This document shows, in pieces, positions 55,093-64,000 of a stretch of DNA of 64,000 bases. The translations under genes were made by a program, and so were the position numbers. This stretch comes from Bacilli bacterium (GTDB taxonomy: Bacteria > Bacillota_I > Bacilli_A > RF39 > UBA660). Below the pieces are notes generated by a model. That model was not told the origin of the DNA, ran no database searches, and worked only from the letters and a program-made list of their open reading frames with translations. The stretch covers positions 6,237-70,236 of the forward strand of contig JBJEED010000008.1 of the NCBI GenBank assembly GCA_051872765.1, given 5' to 3'. The stretch's first letter is position 1. Each line of letters begins with the position of its first letter.

Positions 55093-55173
55093 TTGACAGT
55101 TAAAAGTCTTTTTGATATATTGTTAATAACAGAAACAAATAAGTTTCTTTTATAAAAATATTTGTTATTAATA
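55093..55173 (+). promoter_or_regulatory. NAD-operon promoter with two near-palindromic TGTTAnTAAnA sites (candidate NrtR operators)
   Basis: TTGACA (55093-55098), 17-nt spacer, TATATT (55116-55121). TGTTAATAACA lies at 55121-55131, abutting the -10. TGTTATTAATA lies at 55163-55173. A hairpin agaaac/gtttct lies at 55131-55148. Confidence 0.4.
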
Positions 55174-55311
55174 AATTGTTAGAAAGAAAGTTATAAAATG
55201 AAAAATATTTACAATAGAAAGTGTATAAATTATGTTATTATATTTAAGAATATGAGTTTTTATGAGTAATATTTATGCTAAAAATGTTTTAATGATAAGG
55301 AGTTGATTTAA

Positions 55312-56067
55312 ATGTTTAATGCAGAAGAAGAAACAAATAAAATTGTTGAATTTATAAGAGATTACTATAAGGAAAATAATTTAAAAGGAGTAGTAATAGG
55401 CGTTAGTGGTGGAAAAGACTCAGCCGTAGTTTGTGCATTATTTGTTCGCGCAATTGGAAGAGAAAATGTTCTTGGAGTAACACTTCCATGTCATTCAAAT
55501 AATACTGATAGAACTGATGCAATTAAAGTTGCCAATAAATATGGATTTGAACTTATTAATTTAGATTTAACACCATGCTTTGATAGTTTTATTAATGAAA
55601 TAGATAAACTTGGTAGTTTTACTGATAAACAAACTATTGATAGTAATATTAATCTAAAACCAAGACTTAGAATGAGTAGTTTGTATTATCTAGCACAATT
55701 ATATTCCCAAATAAAAGGAGGAACATATATTGTTGCTGGCACTTCAAATATGTGTGAACTATATGTAGGCTATTTCACTAAAGGAGGAGATTCTACTTAT
55801 GATATTGGAACTCTTAATAATTTTACTGTTGATGAAGTAATTAAAATAGGAGAGTATCTTGATGTACCAGATGAAATAATTCATAAAACTCCAAGTGATG
55901 GTTTAAGCAATTTGAGTGATGAAGATAAACTTGGTGTTAAATATAAAGATATCGCATCATACATAAATAACGAAGATATTGATAGTGAAATTTCAAGTAA
56001 AATAGAAAAATTACATAAAAATAATGAACATAAATTTAACATTCCTGTATATAAAAGGGAAGAGTAA
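55312..56067 (+). CDS. nadE: NH3-dependent NAD+ synthetase
   Basis: PP-loop GVSGGKDSAVV, plus KPRLRMSSLY and YFTKGGDS. Confidence 0.9.
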   Translation: MFNAEEETNKIVEFIRDYYKENNLKGVVIGVSGGKDSAVVCALFVRAIGRENVLGVTLPCHSNNTDRTDAIKVANKYGFELINLDLTPCFDSFINEIDKLGSFTDKQTIDSNINLKPRLRMSSLYYLAQLYSQIKGGTYIVAGTSNMCELYVGYFTKGGDSTYDIGTLNNFTVDEVIKIGEYLDVPDEIIHKTPSDGLSNLSDEDKLGVKYKDIASYINNEDIDSEISSKIEKLHKNNEHKFNIPVYKREE

Positions 56068-56076
56068 GGAAAAAAT

Positions 56077-56643
56077 ATGAGAATAGGTATATATGTAGGT
56101 AGTTTTAATCCAGTTCATAAAGGACATATCGCTATTTCTAATTATATAGTTGATAATAATTATGTTGATAAATTGTTAATCGTACCAACAGGTAATTATT
56201 GGAATAAAAATAATAATATAGATTTATCACTTAGAATAAAGATGATAGAAAAGTATGAAAATGATAAAATTAAAGTAGAGCGTGAGTTTAATGATTCTAA
56301 ATATACATATGAATTATTTAGAAAGTTAAAAAAAAGATATATAGATGATCAATTATATTTAATTATTGGAGCAGATAACATTATATCTTTTGACAAGTGG
56401 ATGAATTATAAAGAATTATTAAATTATGGATTAATAATTTATAATAGAGATAATATAGATGTTTCATTATATTTAGAAAAAATTGATAAAACAGAAAATT
56501 ATTTTGTTTTAAATAATGCACCTAAATATGATATATCAAGTACTAATATTAGAAAAACTATTAAAGATTTTTATAATCTTAGTGATATGCTTGATAAGCA
56601 TGTTTTGGATACTATTTTAGAATATAATTTATATAATGATTAG
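56077..56643 (+). CDS. nadD: nicotinate-nucleotide adenylyltransferase
   Basis: GIYVGSFNPVHKGHI ((T/H)xGH motif), IIGADNIISFDKW, ISSTNIRK. Confidence 0.9.
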   Translation: MRIGIYVGSFNPVHKGHIAISNYIVDNNYVDKLLIVPTGNYWNKNNNIDLSLRIKMIEKYENDKIKVEREFNDSKYTYELFRKLKKRYIDDQLYLIIGADNIISFDKWMNYKELLNYGLIIYNRDNIDVSLYLEKIDKTENYFVLNNAPKYDISSTNIRKTIKDFYNLSDMLDKHVLDTILEYNLYND

Positions 56644-56650
56644 GAGAAGT

Positions 56651-57121
56651 ATGAAAGAAGAAATAATAATAAAAAAATTAATATCTAATAAAGAAACAAT
56701 CGCAACCATGGAGTCTTGTACAGCGGGATATCTAGTAGCTAATCTAACTAATGTAGATGGTTCTAGTGAAGTTATAAAAGTATCCCTTGTTACTTATTCA
56801 AATGAATATAAAATTAAATTTGGAGTTAAAGCTCAAACTATAGAAAAATATAGTGTTTATAGTAATGAAACATCAAGAGAAATGGCAAAAAGTGTAAGTG
56901 ATTTTGCAAATAGTACATATGGAATTGGTATTACAGGACAAATAAATAGAGTAGATCCTAATAATCCTTATGGAAAAGATAATGAAATATTTGTGACTAT
57001 TTATAATTCAAAAAATAAAGAATATAATGATTTTATAATAGTTTGTCCAAATAAAAAAAGAAAATTATGTAAAGAATATATAATAGATAAAGTATATGAT
57101 AAATTAATTGAAATTTTATAG
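56651..57121 (+). CDS. pncC: nicotinamide-nucleotide amidohydrolase (CinA C-terminal / PncC domain)
   Basis: TIATMESCTAGYLVANLT and YGIGITGQ. ATG 56651 follows SD aggag, which overlaps the nadD stop codon. Confidence 0.8.
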   Translation: MKEEIIIKKLISNKETIATMESCTAGYLVANLTNVDGSSEVIKVSLVTYSNEYKIKFGVKAQTIEKYSVYSNETSREMAKSVSDFANSTYGIGITGQINRVDPNNPYGKDNEIFVTIYNSKNKEYNDFIIVCPNKKRKLCKEYIIDKVYDKLIEIL

Positions 57122-57129
57122 GAGAGAAT

Positions 57130-59127
57130 ATGAATTATTTGTTAGAACTTAAAAATAAAAATATAGATATTTATCCAATTAAGCAATTATTACTTACTAA
57201 AGAAAAGAATTTTAATTTAGTAAGAATTAAATCACTTAAAGAATTAAAAACAAATTTAGTGTATAAAAGTATATTAAATCAACTAGAAATACTAGATACT
57301 TTTAATACTAAGTTTAAAGATATTATAAGTGAAGTAATTTTGTGGAGTGATGTTGCTAAAGCAGGTTCAAGTGAAGAAAGGAAAAAATGGGTAAAGAATA
57401 AATATAATTTATTTTGTCATAATATTGGTTCTAGTCAGATATATAAAGAGCATACTAACAATTATAGTGAACTTATATATATTTTAATTAAAACTCATGG
57501 TTATATAGGACAGTATTTGCAAGGTGAAGTAAAATTATCTACAAACATTGAACTATATAATTTAATAGAAAATAAAATAATAAAGAAAGAAGAATTAAAA
57601 GAAATATTACTTATTTTAAACGAATGTATTATAAGAGATGTCTCTAACAATTTATATATTAATATTAAGAATGATATTGAAAAAACGATAATTAAAATCG
57701 TTAATAATGATTTTGATAATGATGAGGATATAGTTTTAAAACTTGATAGGCTTAATAATGGAATTACTAGTGATGATAAAAATAAGATAAATTTAATAAT
57801 ACAAGATAACGATATAAAAGTTAGATTAACAAATATATTTAATAATTATGAACTTTGGTATTTTAAATCTGCACTTGGATCTTTTTCTATTGAAGAACAA
57901 ATAAAAATATTATTATTACTTCCATATGAAAATAAAGATTTAAAAGTAACATTTAATAGTTTAATGAAAAGTATTTATCTTGATTATAAAAATATAAGAA
58001 GAACAAACATTTATAAACAAAGAATAATACAAAAATATTTAAGTGATATGGAGTATAAACAAATAATTAACAAACAGATAAATGATAATATAAATATAAC
58101 TTATCAAAATAAGATAAAAAATGATGTTATTGAGTTTAATTTTATATTTTCTAAAGTTGCAACTAAATTAATAGAGTTTTGTGAAATAGCATATGAATCT
58201 AATAGTTTATATAATAAAGCAGTAATAATGTTATATGATTTATTTGGATTTAGAAAAGATGAATATGATAGATTTTATAATGAAATTGAATATTTACAGA
58301 CTATGAATAGTAGTATTAACCATAAAGCAAAACTACTTGAATTTATTAAAGGAAATAATATTCTTGATGTTGGTCCTGGTGGAGGAGCATTAATGGATTT
58401 AATATTAGATACATATGAAGATAAAAATGTATATGGAATAGATATTTCAAGTAATGTTATTGATGAACTTAATAAAAGAAAATTAAAAGAGAAAAGAAAG
58501 TATAATTTAGTTAAAGGAAATGCTTTATATTTAGAAAAATATTTTAATGAGAAAAGTCTTGATACTATAATTTTTTCATCTATTATTCACGAATTATATT
58601 CTTATATTGAATTTGATGGAAAAAGATTTAATTATGATACGATTAAAAAAGCATTAAAAAGTGCTTATAATATACTTGATGTTGGTGGTAGAATTATTAT
58701 TAGAGATGGTATTATGAGTAGTACTAATAATAAACGTATTATAGAGTTTAAAAATAGTAATGATATTAATATTTTAAAAAAGTATAAAAATGATTTTAAG
58801 GGTAGAAATATTGAATATGAAATAATAAGTGATAATAAAGTATTAATGAATGAAAATGATTCAATGGAATTTTTATATACATATACTTGGGGAGATGAGT
58901 CTTATTCACTTGAAGTAAAAGAACAATTTGGATATTTTAATTTAAATGAATATAAAAAGTTTATATTAGATAATTTAGAAAATTCTAAAATAGTTTATTC
59001 GTGTGAATTTTTACAAAGTGGATATACTGATCATTTATTAAATAAAATATCTTATTATGATGAAGATATGAATACTATTACTTTGCCTAATAGTACTTGT
59101 ATAATAGTAATAGAGAAAGGTTTTTAA
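57130..59127 (+). CDS. 665-aa protein with an unknown N-terminal ~380 aa and a C-terminal class I SAM-dependent methyltransferase domain
   Basis: Motif I ILDVGPGGGALMD, post-I VYGIDIS, IIFSSIIHELY, LDVGGRIIIRDG. It is embedded in the NAD operon with 8-nt and 2-nt intergenic gaps. Confidence 0.7.
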   Translation: MNYLLELKNKNIDIYPIKQLLLTKEKNFNLVRIKSLKELKTNLVYKSILNQLEILDTFNTKFKDIISEVILWSDVAKAGSSEERKKWVKNKYNLFCHNIGSSQIYKEHTNNYSELIYILIKTHGYIGQYLQGEVKLSTNIELYNLIENKIIKKEELKEILLILNECIIRDVSNNLYINIKNDIEKTIIKIVNNDFDNDEDIVLKLDRLNNGITSDDKNKINLIIQDNDIKVRLTNIFNNYELWYFKSALGSFSIEEQIKILLLLPYENKDLKVTFNSLMKSIYLDYKNIRRTNIYKQRIIQKYLSDMEYKQIINKQINDNINITYQNKIKNDVIEFNFIFSKVATKLIEFCEIAYESNSLYNKAVIMLYDLFGFRKDEYDRFYNEIEYLQTMNSSINHKAKLLEFIKGNNILDVGPGGGALMDLILDTYEDKNVYGIDISSNVIDELNKRKLKEKRKYNLVKGNALYLEKYFNEKSLDTIIFSSIIHELYSYIEFDGKRFNYDTIKKALKSAYNILDVGGRIIIRDGIMSSTNNKRIIEFKNSNDINILKKYKNDFKGRNIEYEIISDNKVLMNENDSMEFLYTYTWGDESYSLEVKEQFGYFNLNEYKKFILDNLENSKIVYSCEFLQSGYTDHLLNKISYYDEDMNTITLPNSTCIIVIEKGF

Positions 59128-59129
59128 AA

Positions 59130-59963
59130 ATGAATTATAGTAGTGAAAGTGAATTTTTAAAAAATTATGATGCTAGTAAGTATGATAGATTATCTGTAAC
59201 AAGTGATATATTATTATTCAGCGTTTCTGATGGACATAGTGAAAATTATAGAAAGTTAAAGAAAAAATATTTTAGTGTATTATTAGTTAAAAGAAAAAAT
59301 TATCCATTTAAAGATAAATGGTGTTTGCCTGGTGGATTTATAAGAAGTGATGAAACAACCGAAGATGCAGCAAGAAGGATACTTGCAAATGAGACAAATC
59401 TTCATGATGTATTTATGGAACAGTTGTATACATTTGATGATATTGATAGAGATCCAAGATGTAGAACTCTTGGTGTTACTTATATGTCTTTAGTTGATAA
59501 AAATAAATTAAATTGTGATTTATTTTCTAATGCATCTTGGTTTAATATAATTTGTTTAGAAGATGATTCATCATATCATGTAACACTTGATAATGGTAGT
59601 GAAGAGTTGAAATTTGTTGTTAGTAAAACTTTAAAAGAGAGTACAACTGATAGGTATAAATTTGATATAGTATCAAGCGATATAGCCTTTGATCATCCAA
59701 AAGCAATTATTAGTGGAATAGAAAGACTTAAGAATAAGATAATGTATACAGATATAGTATTTAATATGATGGGAGAGTATTTTACATTAGGAGAACTTCA
59801 ACAAGTATATGAAGTTATTTTAGGTAAAAAACTATTAGATGCAGCATTTAGAAGAATTATTGCTAGTAAAGTAGAAGCAACTAATAAAATGAAGACTGGA
59901 GAAGGACACAGGCCAAGCAAATTATTTAAATATAGAGGTAGAAAAAATGAGAAAAATAAATAG
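59130..59963 (+). CDS. nrtR: NrtR-type regulator (Nudix-like domain plus C-terminal winged helix)
   Basis: Degenerate Nudix box LPGGFIRSDETTEDAARRILANETNL. C-terminal FTLGELQQVYEVILGKKLLDAAFRRII. ATG 59130 follows SD gagaaagg. Confidence 0.75.
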   Translation: MNYSSESEFLKNYDASKYDRLSVTSDILLFSVSDGHSENYRKLKKKYFSVLLVKRKNYPFKDKWCLPGGFIRSDETTEDAARRILANETNLHDVFMEQLYTFDDIDRDPRCRTLGVTYMSLVDKNKLNCDLFSNASWFNIICLEDDSSYHVTLDNGSEELKFVVSKTLKESTTDRYKFDIVSSDIAFDHPKAIISGIERLKNKIMYTDIVFNMMGEYFTLGELQQVYEVILGKKLLDAAFRRIIASKVEATNKMKTGEGHRPSKLFKYRGRKNEKNK

Positions 59964-60741
59964 AGTTAAATTATTTTCAAATAAAACTGAAAAATCAGAA
60001 AAGATAGCATATGAGCTTACTAAAATATTAAAAGAATATGGTTTTGAAATTGCTGAGGATTATGATTTAGCAATAGCTATTGGAGGAGACGGGGCTTTTC
60101 TTCGTATGGTAAAAGATAATAACTTTGATAGTAGCATATACTATGTAGGTGTTAATACTGGGACTCTTGGTTTCTTACAAGAAATTAAGCCAGAAGAAAT
60201 AAGAAAATTTGTAGAATCACTTAATAATGATGAATTTAAAGTAGATTATATAGGTGTTTTAGAAGTGAAAATTACTACAGATAATAAAGTATCTAAATAT
60301 TATACATTAAACGAACTTGTTGTAAGAGAACTTGAATTAAATGCATTTTATGCCGATTTATATATTGATAAAGTGAAATTAGAGAAATTTGTAGGAGATG
60401 GTCTTTTAATTGCAACATCAGTTGGATCTAGTGCATATAATACAAGTTTTAGAGGAGCTTTAGTCTATAATACTTTACATACTATTCAAATAAATCCAAT
60501 AGCGCCTATTAATACACGTGCATATAGAAATTTAATAAATCCAATTATTTTACCTGAACATAAACATATAGAAATATATCCAACTAAACCAACTGTACTT
60601 GCTGTATTTGATGGGGAAAATAAAAGATATAATAATGTTTTAAAAATAGAATGTTGCGTTAAAAATAAAAAACTAAAATTCTTAAGAACAAAAGATTATA
60701 ATTATATTAATATTATAAATGAAAAATTTTTAACAGATTAA
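59947..60741 (+). CDS. nadK: NAD+ kinase
   Basis: IAIGGDGAFLR, VNTGTLGFL, GDGLLIATSVGSSAYN. It overlaps the nrtR end by 17 nt. Confidence 0.9.
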   Translation: MRKINRVKLFSNKTEKSEKIAYELTKILKEYGFEIAEDYDLAIAIGGDGAFLRMVKDNNFDSSIYYVGVNTGTLGFLQEIKPEEIRKFVESLNNDEFKVDYIGVLEVKITTDNKVSKYYTLNELVVRELELNAFYADLYIDKVKLEKFVGDGLLIATSVGSSAYNTSFRGALVYNTLHTIQINPIAPINTRAYRNLINPIILPEHKHIEIYPTKPTVLAVFDGENKRYNNVLKIECCVKNKKLKFLRTKDYNYINIINEKFLTD

Positions 60742-61049
60742 ATAATAATATTGATTTATTAAGTATTTATGTGAAAAAAATAAGATGTTATAATAAAAAA
60801 AGTAATGAGTAAAATGGCATTTAAAATAGGAATGTGGTGATTAAAATTATTTTTTTGATTTATATTATACTAAAATGAAAACTATACTTTAAATAGCGAT
60901 TATAATAAACCAATTAAATATGGATGGAATGTAATATATTTTGGTAAGAATGAAGAAAAGAATGTTGTATTTATTGATAACCTAAAAGATTTAGTTAATT
61001 ATTTAAATATATAATAGTAATAATTTTATATAATCAACATATTATTAGT

Positions 61050-62045
61050 ATGAAGAAAATATTAATAATATTGTTGTTTTTTTTATGCATTAAAGTTAAT
61101 GCATCAATAGTAGTAATGGATGCAGATAGTGGAAGAGTTTTATATAGTGAAAACATGAATGAAAGAAAATTAATAGCTTCAACAACTAAAATTATGACAA
61201 GTATTATAGCCTTAGAAAATGGAAATTTAGAAGATGTTTTTAAAGCAGGTAGAGAGATAAGAGAAGTAAATGGTTCAATGATTTATATAAAAGAGAATGA
61301 AAGTATGTCACTTAATGATCTATTATATGGACTTATGCTTAGAAGTGGAAATGATGCGGCTATGGTTATAGCTAATAATGTACTTGGTTATGATAATTTT
61401 ATTGCAGAGATGAATATTAAAGCATTTAAACTTGGTATGAATAATACTACTTTTGAAAATCCACATGGTCTTAATGATAATACTAAAAACTATTCAACTG
61501 CTTATGATTTATCTCTTTTAATGAAATATGCAATTAATAATGAAGAGTTTCTTAAAATAACAAGTACTAAGAAATACAAAGAATGGTATAATAAAAACGA
61601 ATTATTAATAGACTATAAATATCTAATTAGTGGAAAGATTGGATATACACAAAAAAGTGGACAAGTTTTTGTAAGTGCTGCTAGAAAAAATAATAAAACA
61701 CTAATAATTTCATCGATTGATGAAGGTGATAAATTTAATTTACATAAAAAACTATATGAGAAATATTTTGAAATGTATGATAAATATAAAATATTAAATA
61801 AGTATACTCTTTCTTTTAAAGTAAAAAATAAAAATAACAATCATTATTTTATATTAGATGACTTTGATATGCTTATGAAAAAAGATGAAATAGATAAATT
61901 AAAAATTGAAGCTGATTTAGATAATGAATATGTTCTTGTATATCTTTCTAACAAACTAATACATACAGAAAAACTATATAAAAATTCATATAATCTTACT
62001 AAAAGAAGTAAATTAAAAGAGTTATTGTCATTTTTTAAATTTTAA
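61050..62045 (+). CDS. D-alanyl-D-alanine carboxypeptidase (second PBP5-type paralog)
   Basis: Signal peptide, ASTTKIMT (SxxK), RSGNDAA (SxN), and GKIGYTQKSG (KxG). Confidence 0.8.
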   Translation: MKKILIILLFFLCIKVNASIVVMDADSGRVLYSENMNERKLIASTTKIMTSIIALENGNLEDVFKAGREIREVNGSMIYIKENESMSLNDLLYGLMLRSGNDAAMVIANNVLGYDNFIAEMNIKAFKLGMNNTTFENPHGLNDNTKNYSTAYDLSLLMKYAINNEEFLKITSTKKYKEWYNKNELLIDYKYLISGKIGYTQKSGQVFVSAARKNNKTLIISSIDEGDKFNLHKKLYEKYFEMYDKYKILNKYTLSFKVKNKNNNHYFILDDFDMLMKKDEIDKLKIEADLDNEYVLVYLSNKLIHTEKLYKNSYNLTKRSKLKELLSFFKF

Positions 62046-62071
62046 TGTAAAATGTATGCAGGTGACTAAAT

Positions 62072-62785
62072 ATGGAAAGATTACAAAAATATTTAAGTGC
62101 TTGTGGGGTAGCATCTAGGCGTAAAAGTGAAGAGTTAATTTTAAATGGTAAAGTTAAAGTAAACGGAATAGTTGTTTGCGAACTTGGTAGTAAAGTAAGT
62201 GATAGTGATACCATCATGGTAGATGGATTAATTGTAAATAGACAAGATAAAGAATATTATTTACTATATAAACCTGAAAAAACTATATGTTCAGTTAGTG
62301 ATGATAAGGGTAGAGTTTGTGTTGTTGATTTAATTGATACTAAAGAGAAAATATTCCCAGTTGGAAGACTTGATTATGATACTAGTGGTTTATTACTTTT
62401 AACAAACGATGGAAATATAACAAATAAATTAACTCATCCTAAAGGAAATGTTGAAAAAACATATTTAGCTAAAGTGGACGGAATTGTTACAAAAGATGAA
62501 CTAAGCATGCTAGAAAAAGGAATAATATTAGATGGTGTTAAGACTAAAAGAGCATTAGCAAAATTAAAAAAAATAGATAAAAAAAATAATAAGTCATATG
62601 TTGAATTAACAATAACAGAAGGAAGAAATCATCAAGTTAAGAACATGTTTAATTTTATAGGCCATAAAGTATTAAAATTAAAAAGAGTATCATATGCTTT
62701 TTTAACATTAGACAATCTTAGTATTGGGGAATACAGACGTTTGACTATAAAAGAAGTAAAACAATTATATAATTATGTAAAATAA
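62072..62785 (+). CDS. rluB: pseudouridine synthase, RsuA/RluB family
   Basis: S4 domain RLQKYLSACGVASRRKSEELILNGKVKVNG. Catalytic VGRLDYDTSGLLLLTNDG. EGRNHQVKNMF. Confidence 0.85.
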   Translation: MERLQKYLSACGVASRRKSEELILNGKVKVNGIVVCELGSKVSDSDTIMVDGLIVNRQDKEYYLLYKPEKTICSVSDDKGRVCVVDLIDTKEKIFPVGRLDYDTSGLLLLTNDGNITNKLTHPKGNVEKTYLAKVDGIVTKDELSMLEKGIILDGVKTKRALAKLKKIDKKNNKSYVELTITEGRNHQVKNMFNFIGHKVLKLKRVSYAFLTLDNLSIGEYRRLTIKEVKQLYNYVK

Positions 62786-62806
62786 AAAAATAGACTTGCT
62801 ATTTTT
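62786..62806. terminator. bidirectional terminator between the convergent rluB and ferredoxin genes
   Basis: aaaaatag (62786-62793) pairs with ctattttt (62799-62806). A-runs and T-runs flank the hairpin on both sides. Confidence 0.6.
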
Positions 62807-63010
62807 TTATTTTTCTTCTTCGATTACAATTGCTTCTCCAGGACAAGCTTCAACAATATTAAGTAATTCTTTTTTATCTTCTTCATCAATCACTTCTTTG
62901 ATAACCTCACTAAATCCCTCATCATTAATTGCAAAATATTTATCGTATTGAGCAGCACATAAACCACATCCAATACAATTTTCATTAACTCTTAATTTTT
63001 CCATTTTCAT
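62807..63010 (-). CDS. small single-cluster ferredoxin
   Basis: CIGCGLCAA...ACPGEAI (CxxCxxC...CP) in 67 aa. SD aaggagaa. Confidence 0.8.
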   Translation of the reverse strand: MKMEKLRVNENCIGCGLCAAQYDKYFAINDEGFSEVIKEVIDEEDKKELLNIVEACPGEAIVIEEEK

Positions 63011-63109
63011 TTTCTCCTTATCAATACTATTGTAACTTAAAAAAATTAAAAAATCTATGCTTTATTGAAAAGTATGTCTAATTATGTTATCATTAATATG
63101 GTGAATGCT

Positions 63110-64000
63110 ATGAGTTCAAGGATGGATAAATATGAAAATAATATTGGTTATGATAGTTTGAGTAGAACTAAAAGAAATGAACATATATATAATTCAACAG
63201 ATATGAATGAACTATCAAGAATAAAGACAAATAATAATGTTAGTATAATTTCTGATAGTGGAAAAACTGTTAATTTAGAAAAGATTAAAAGTTATATAGA
63301 TAGCATAAACAATAATGATGAAGATGAAAGAAAGAAAATTTCTATTGATATACCTGAAAAAGAAGAATTAGTCATTGTAAGAAAAGAAGAAAAAGATTAT
63401 GATATAAATGCTGTTTTAGAAAAAGCAAAAGAAAATCAAGAAACTGATTATGAAGAAAATAGACATAGAAAGATAAATAATACTCAAATAGATATATTAA
63501 AGAGTATAAAAATAAAAAATACTAAGAAACCCGATGATTTAACACCATCTATAGATGAACTTAATACTGAAGAGAAGACTATTGTTGACTTAATACAAAA
63601 TATTCAAAATAATAGTAGTAATACTAAAAAAGAAAGCAAAAATGATCTTTTTGAAGAACTAATGGGAGAAGATGGCGACACTATAGTTATGGGTGCTAAT
63701 GATAGTAGCAATATAAAAGAAGAATTACTTAGTATGACACAAGATTTAGATAATATTAAACTACCTGAAAATGATTTTACACAAGAAATTAATATTGAAA
63801 TAGAAAAATTAAAATCTAAAAATGATGATGAAGATGATAGTGATGATACAGATGAAATAAAACAAGATAATTCTTTTTATACAAATTCTGTATCTTTTGA
63901 CAAATCAGATTTTGAAGGATTTGAAGATTTAGAAGATAGAGCTAAGAAAAGTAGTGTACTTACAAAAATTGCTATAGTTCTTGTATTGTTATTGTTACTT
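63110..64000 (+). CDS. 5' part of a gene running off the window. The protein has a ~285-aa acidic/low-complexity cytoplasmic region followed by the start of a TM helix.
   Basis: The frame is open from ATG 63110 to the window end (297 codons): MSSRMDKYENNIGYDSLSRTKRNEHIYN...DDEDDSDDTDE...SSVLTKIAIVLVLLLLL. It is absent from the ORF track because it has no stop codon. Confidence 0.6.
   Translation, partial: MSSRMDKYENNIGYDSLSRTKRNEHIYNSTDMNELSRIKTNNNVSIISDSGKTVNLEKIKSYIDSINNNDEDERKKISIDIPEKEELVIVRKEEKDYDINAVLEKAKENQETDYEENRHRKINNTQIDILKSIKIKNTKKPDDLTPSIDELNTEEKTIVDLIQNIQNNSSNTKKESKNDLFEELMGEDGDTIVMGANDSSNIKEELLSMTQDLDNIKLPENDFTQEINIEIEKLKSKNDDEDDSDDTDEIKQDNSFYTNSVSFDKSDFEGFEDLEDRAKKSSVLTKIAIVLVLLLLL

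Noticed and set aside
60868-61010. Coding-looking 46-codon stretch in the nadK-dac intergenic region (..NSDYNKPIKYGWNVIYFGKNEEKNVVFIDNLKDLVNYLNI*)
   Set aside because: It is preceded in frame by a stop and contains no ATG/GTG/TTG start with an SD. It may be a decayed gene remnant. It cannot be supported as a gene.
19179-62217. Remaining short antisense or nested track ORFs: 19179-19400, 20425-20643, 23526-23747, 32592-32921, 37264-37518, 37889-38095, 43436-43807, 48186-48575, 49470-49820, 49954-50169, 50438-50626, 50966-51154, 51626-51817, 61613-61840, 62035-62217
   Set aside because: All overlap longer ORFs that have recognisable motifs or clear operon context. They are Ile/Phe/Leu/Ser-rich, as expected from antisense reading of AT-rich genes, and lack ribosome-binding sites.
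1-64000. Search by eye for CRISPR arrays, rRNA/tRNA genes, IS elements or transposases, integrases and long direct repeats flanking the accessory blocks
   Set aside because: No regularly spaced repeat array and no tRNA-like or rRNA-like GC-rich islands were seen. No ORF has transposase or recombinase motifs (DDE, or R..H..R..Y tyrosine recombinase). Flanking repeats around 5.5 kb and 16.3 kb were not evident, but short att sites cannot be excluded without computation.

Overview
This is a very AT-rich segment of a low-GC Firmicute chromosome. The organism is an endospore former: the window holds a gerA-gerC-gerB-type germinant receptor operon, cotE and DacF-like penicillin-binding proteins. 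The genetic code is standard, since TGA, TAA and TAG all terminate ordinary genes here. About 60 genes are present, mostly on the + strand, and I saw no rRNA, tRNA or CRISPR array.

Housekeeping genes: DAHP synthase, recG, yebC-family, rmuC, uvrB, prs-like, a short rel, htpG, rluB, ferredoxin, two DD-carboxypeptidases, and a nadE-nadD-pncC-X-nrtR-nadK operon.

Accessory or unusual blocks:
1. 5.6-16.3 kb: one operon encoding a minimal Gram-positive conjugation-type type IV secretion system (T4SS). It has a VirB6-like protein, a PrgI/VirB3-like protein, VirB4 in two ORFs, a SpoIID-domain wall hydrolase, an anchored protein and a VirD4 coupling protein. No relaxase, integrase or replication gene accompanies it.
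2. 18.4-25.6 kb: an operon of a SipW-type signal peptidase fused to a ~500-aa cytoplasmic tail, a membrane-anchored McrB-family AAA+ protein, a McrC-N-terminal-like partner, a second SipW and TasA-like exported proteins.
3. 27.1-28.2 kb: an intact SAM-I riboswitch driving a metK that carries two in-frame stop codons.
4. 44.0-48.6 kb: two tandem paralogous ~750-aa HExxH proteins flanking a 60-aa hyper-acidic protein, followed by a CHAP lipoprotein.
5. 50.5-53.1 kb: a NifU-like / GGGtGRT / kinase operon of unknown function.

Smaller signals: a leader peptide plus terminator upstream of rel, 21-bp-phased repeats at an XRE promoter, and near-palindromes at the NAD operon promoter.

All functional calls rest on motif recognition by eye. 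No database search was possible.
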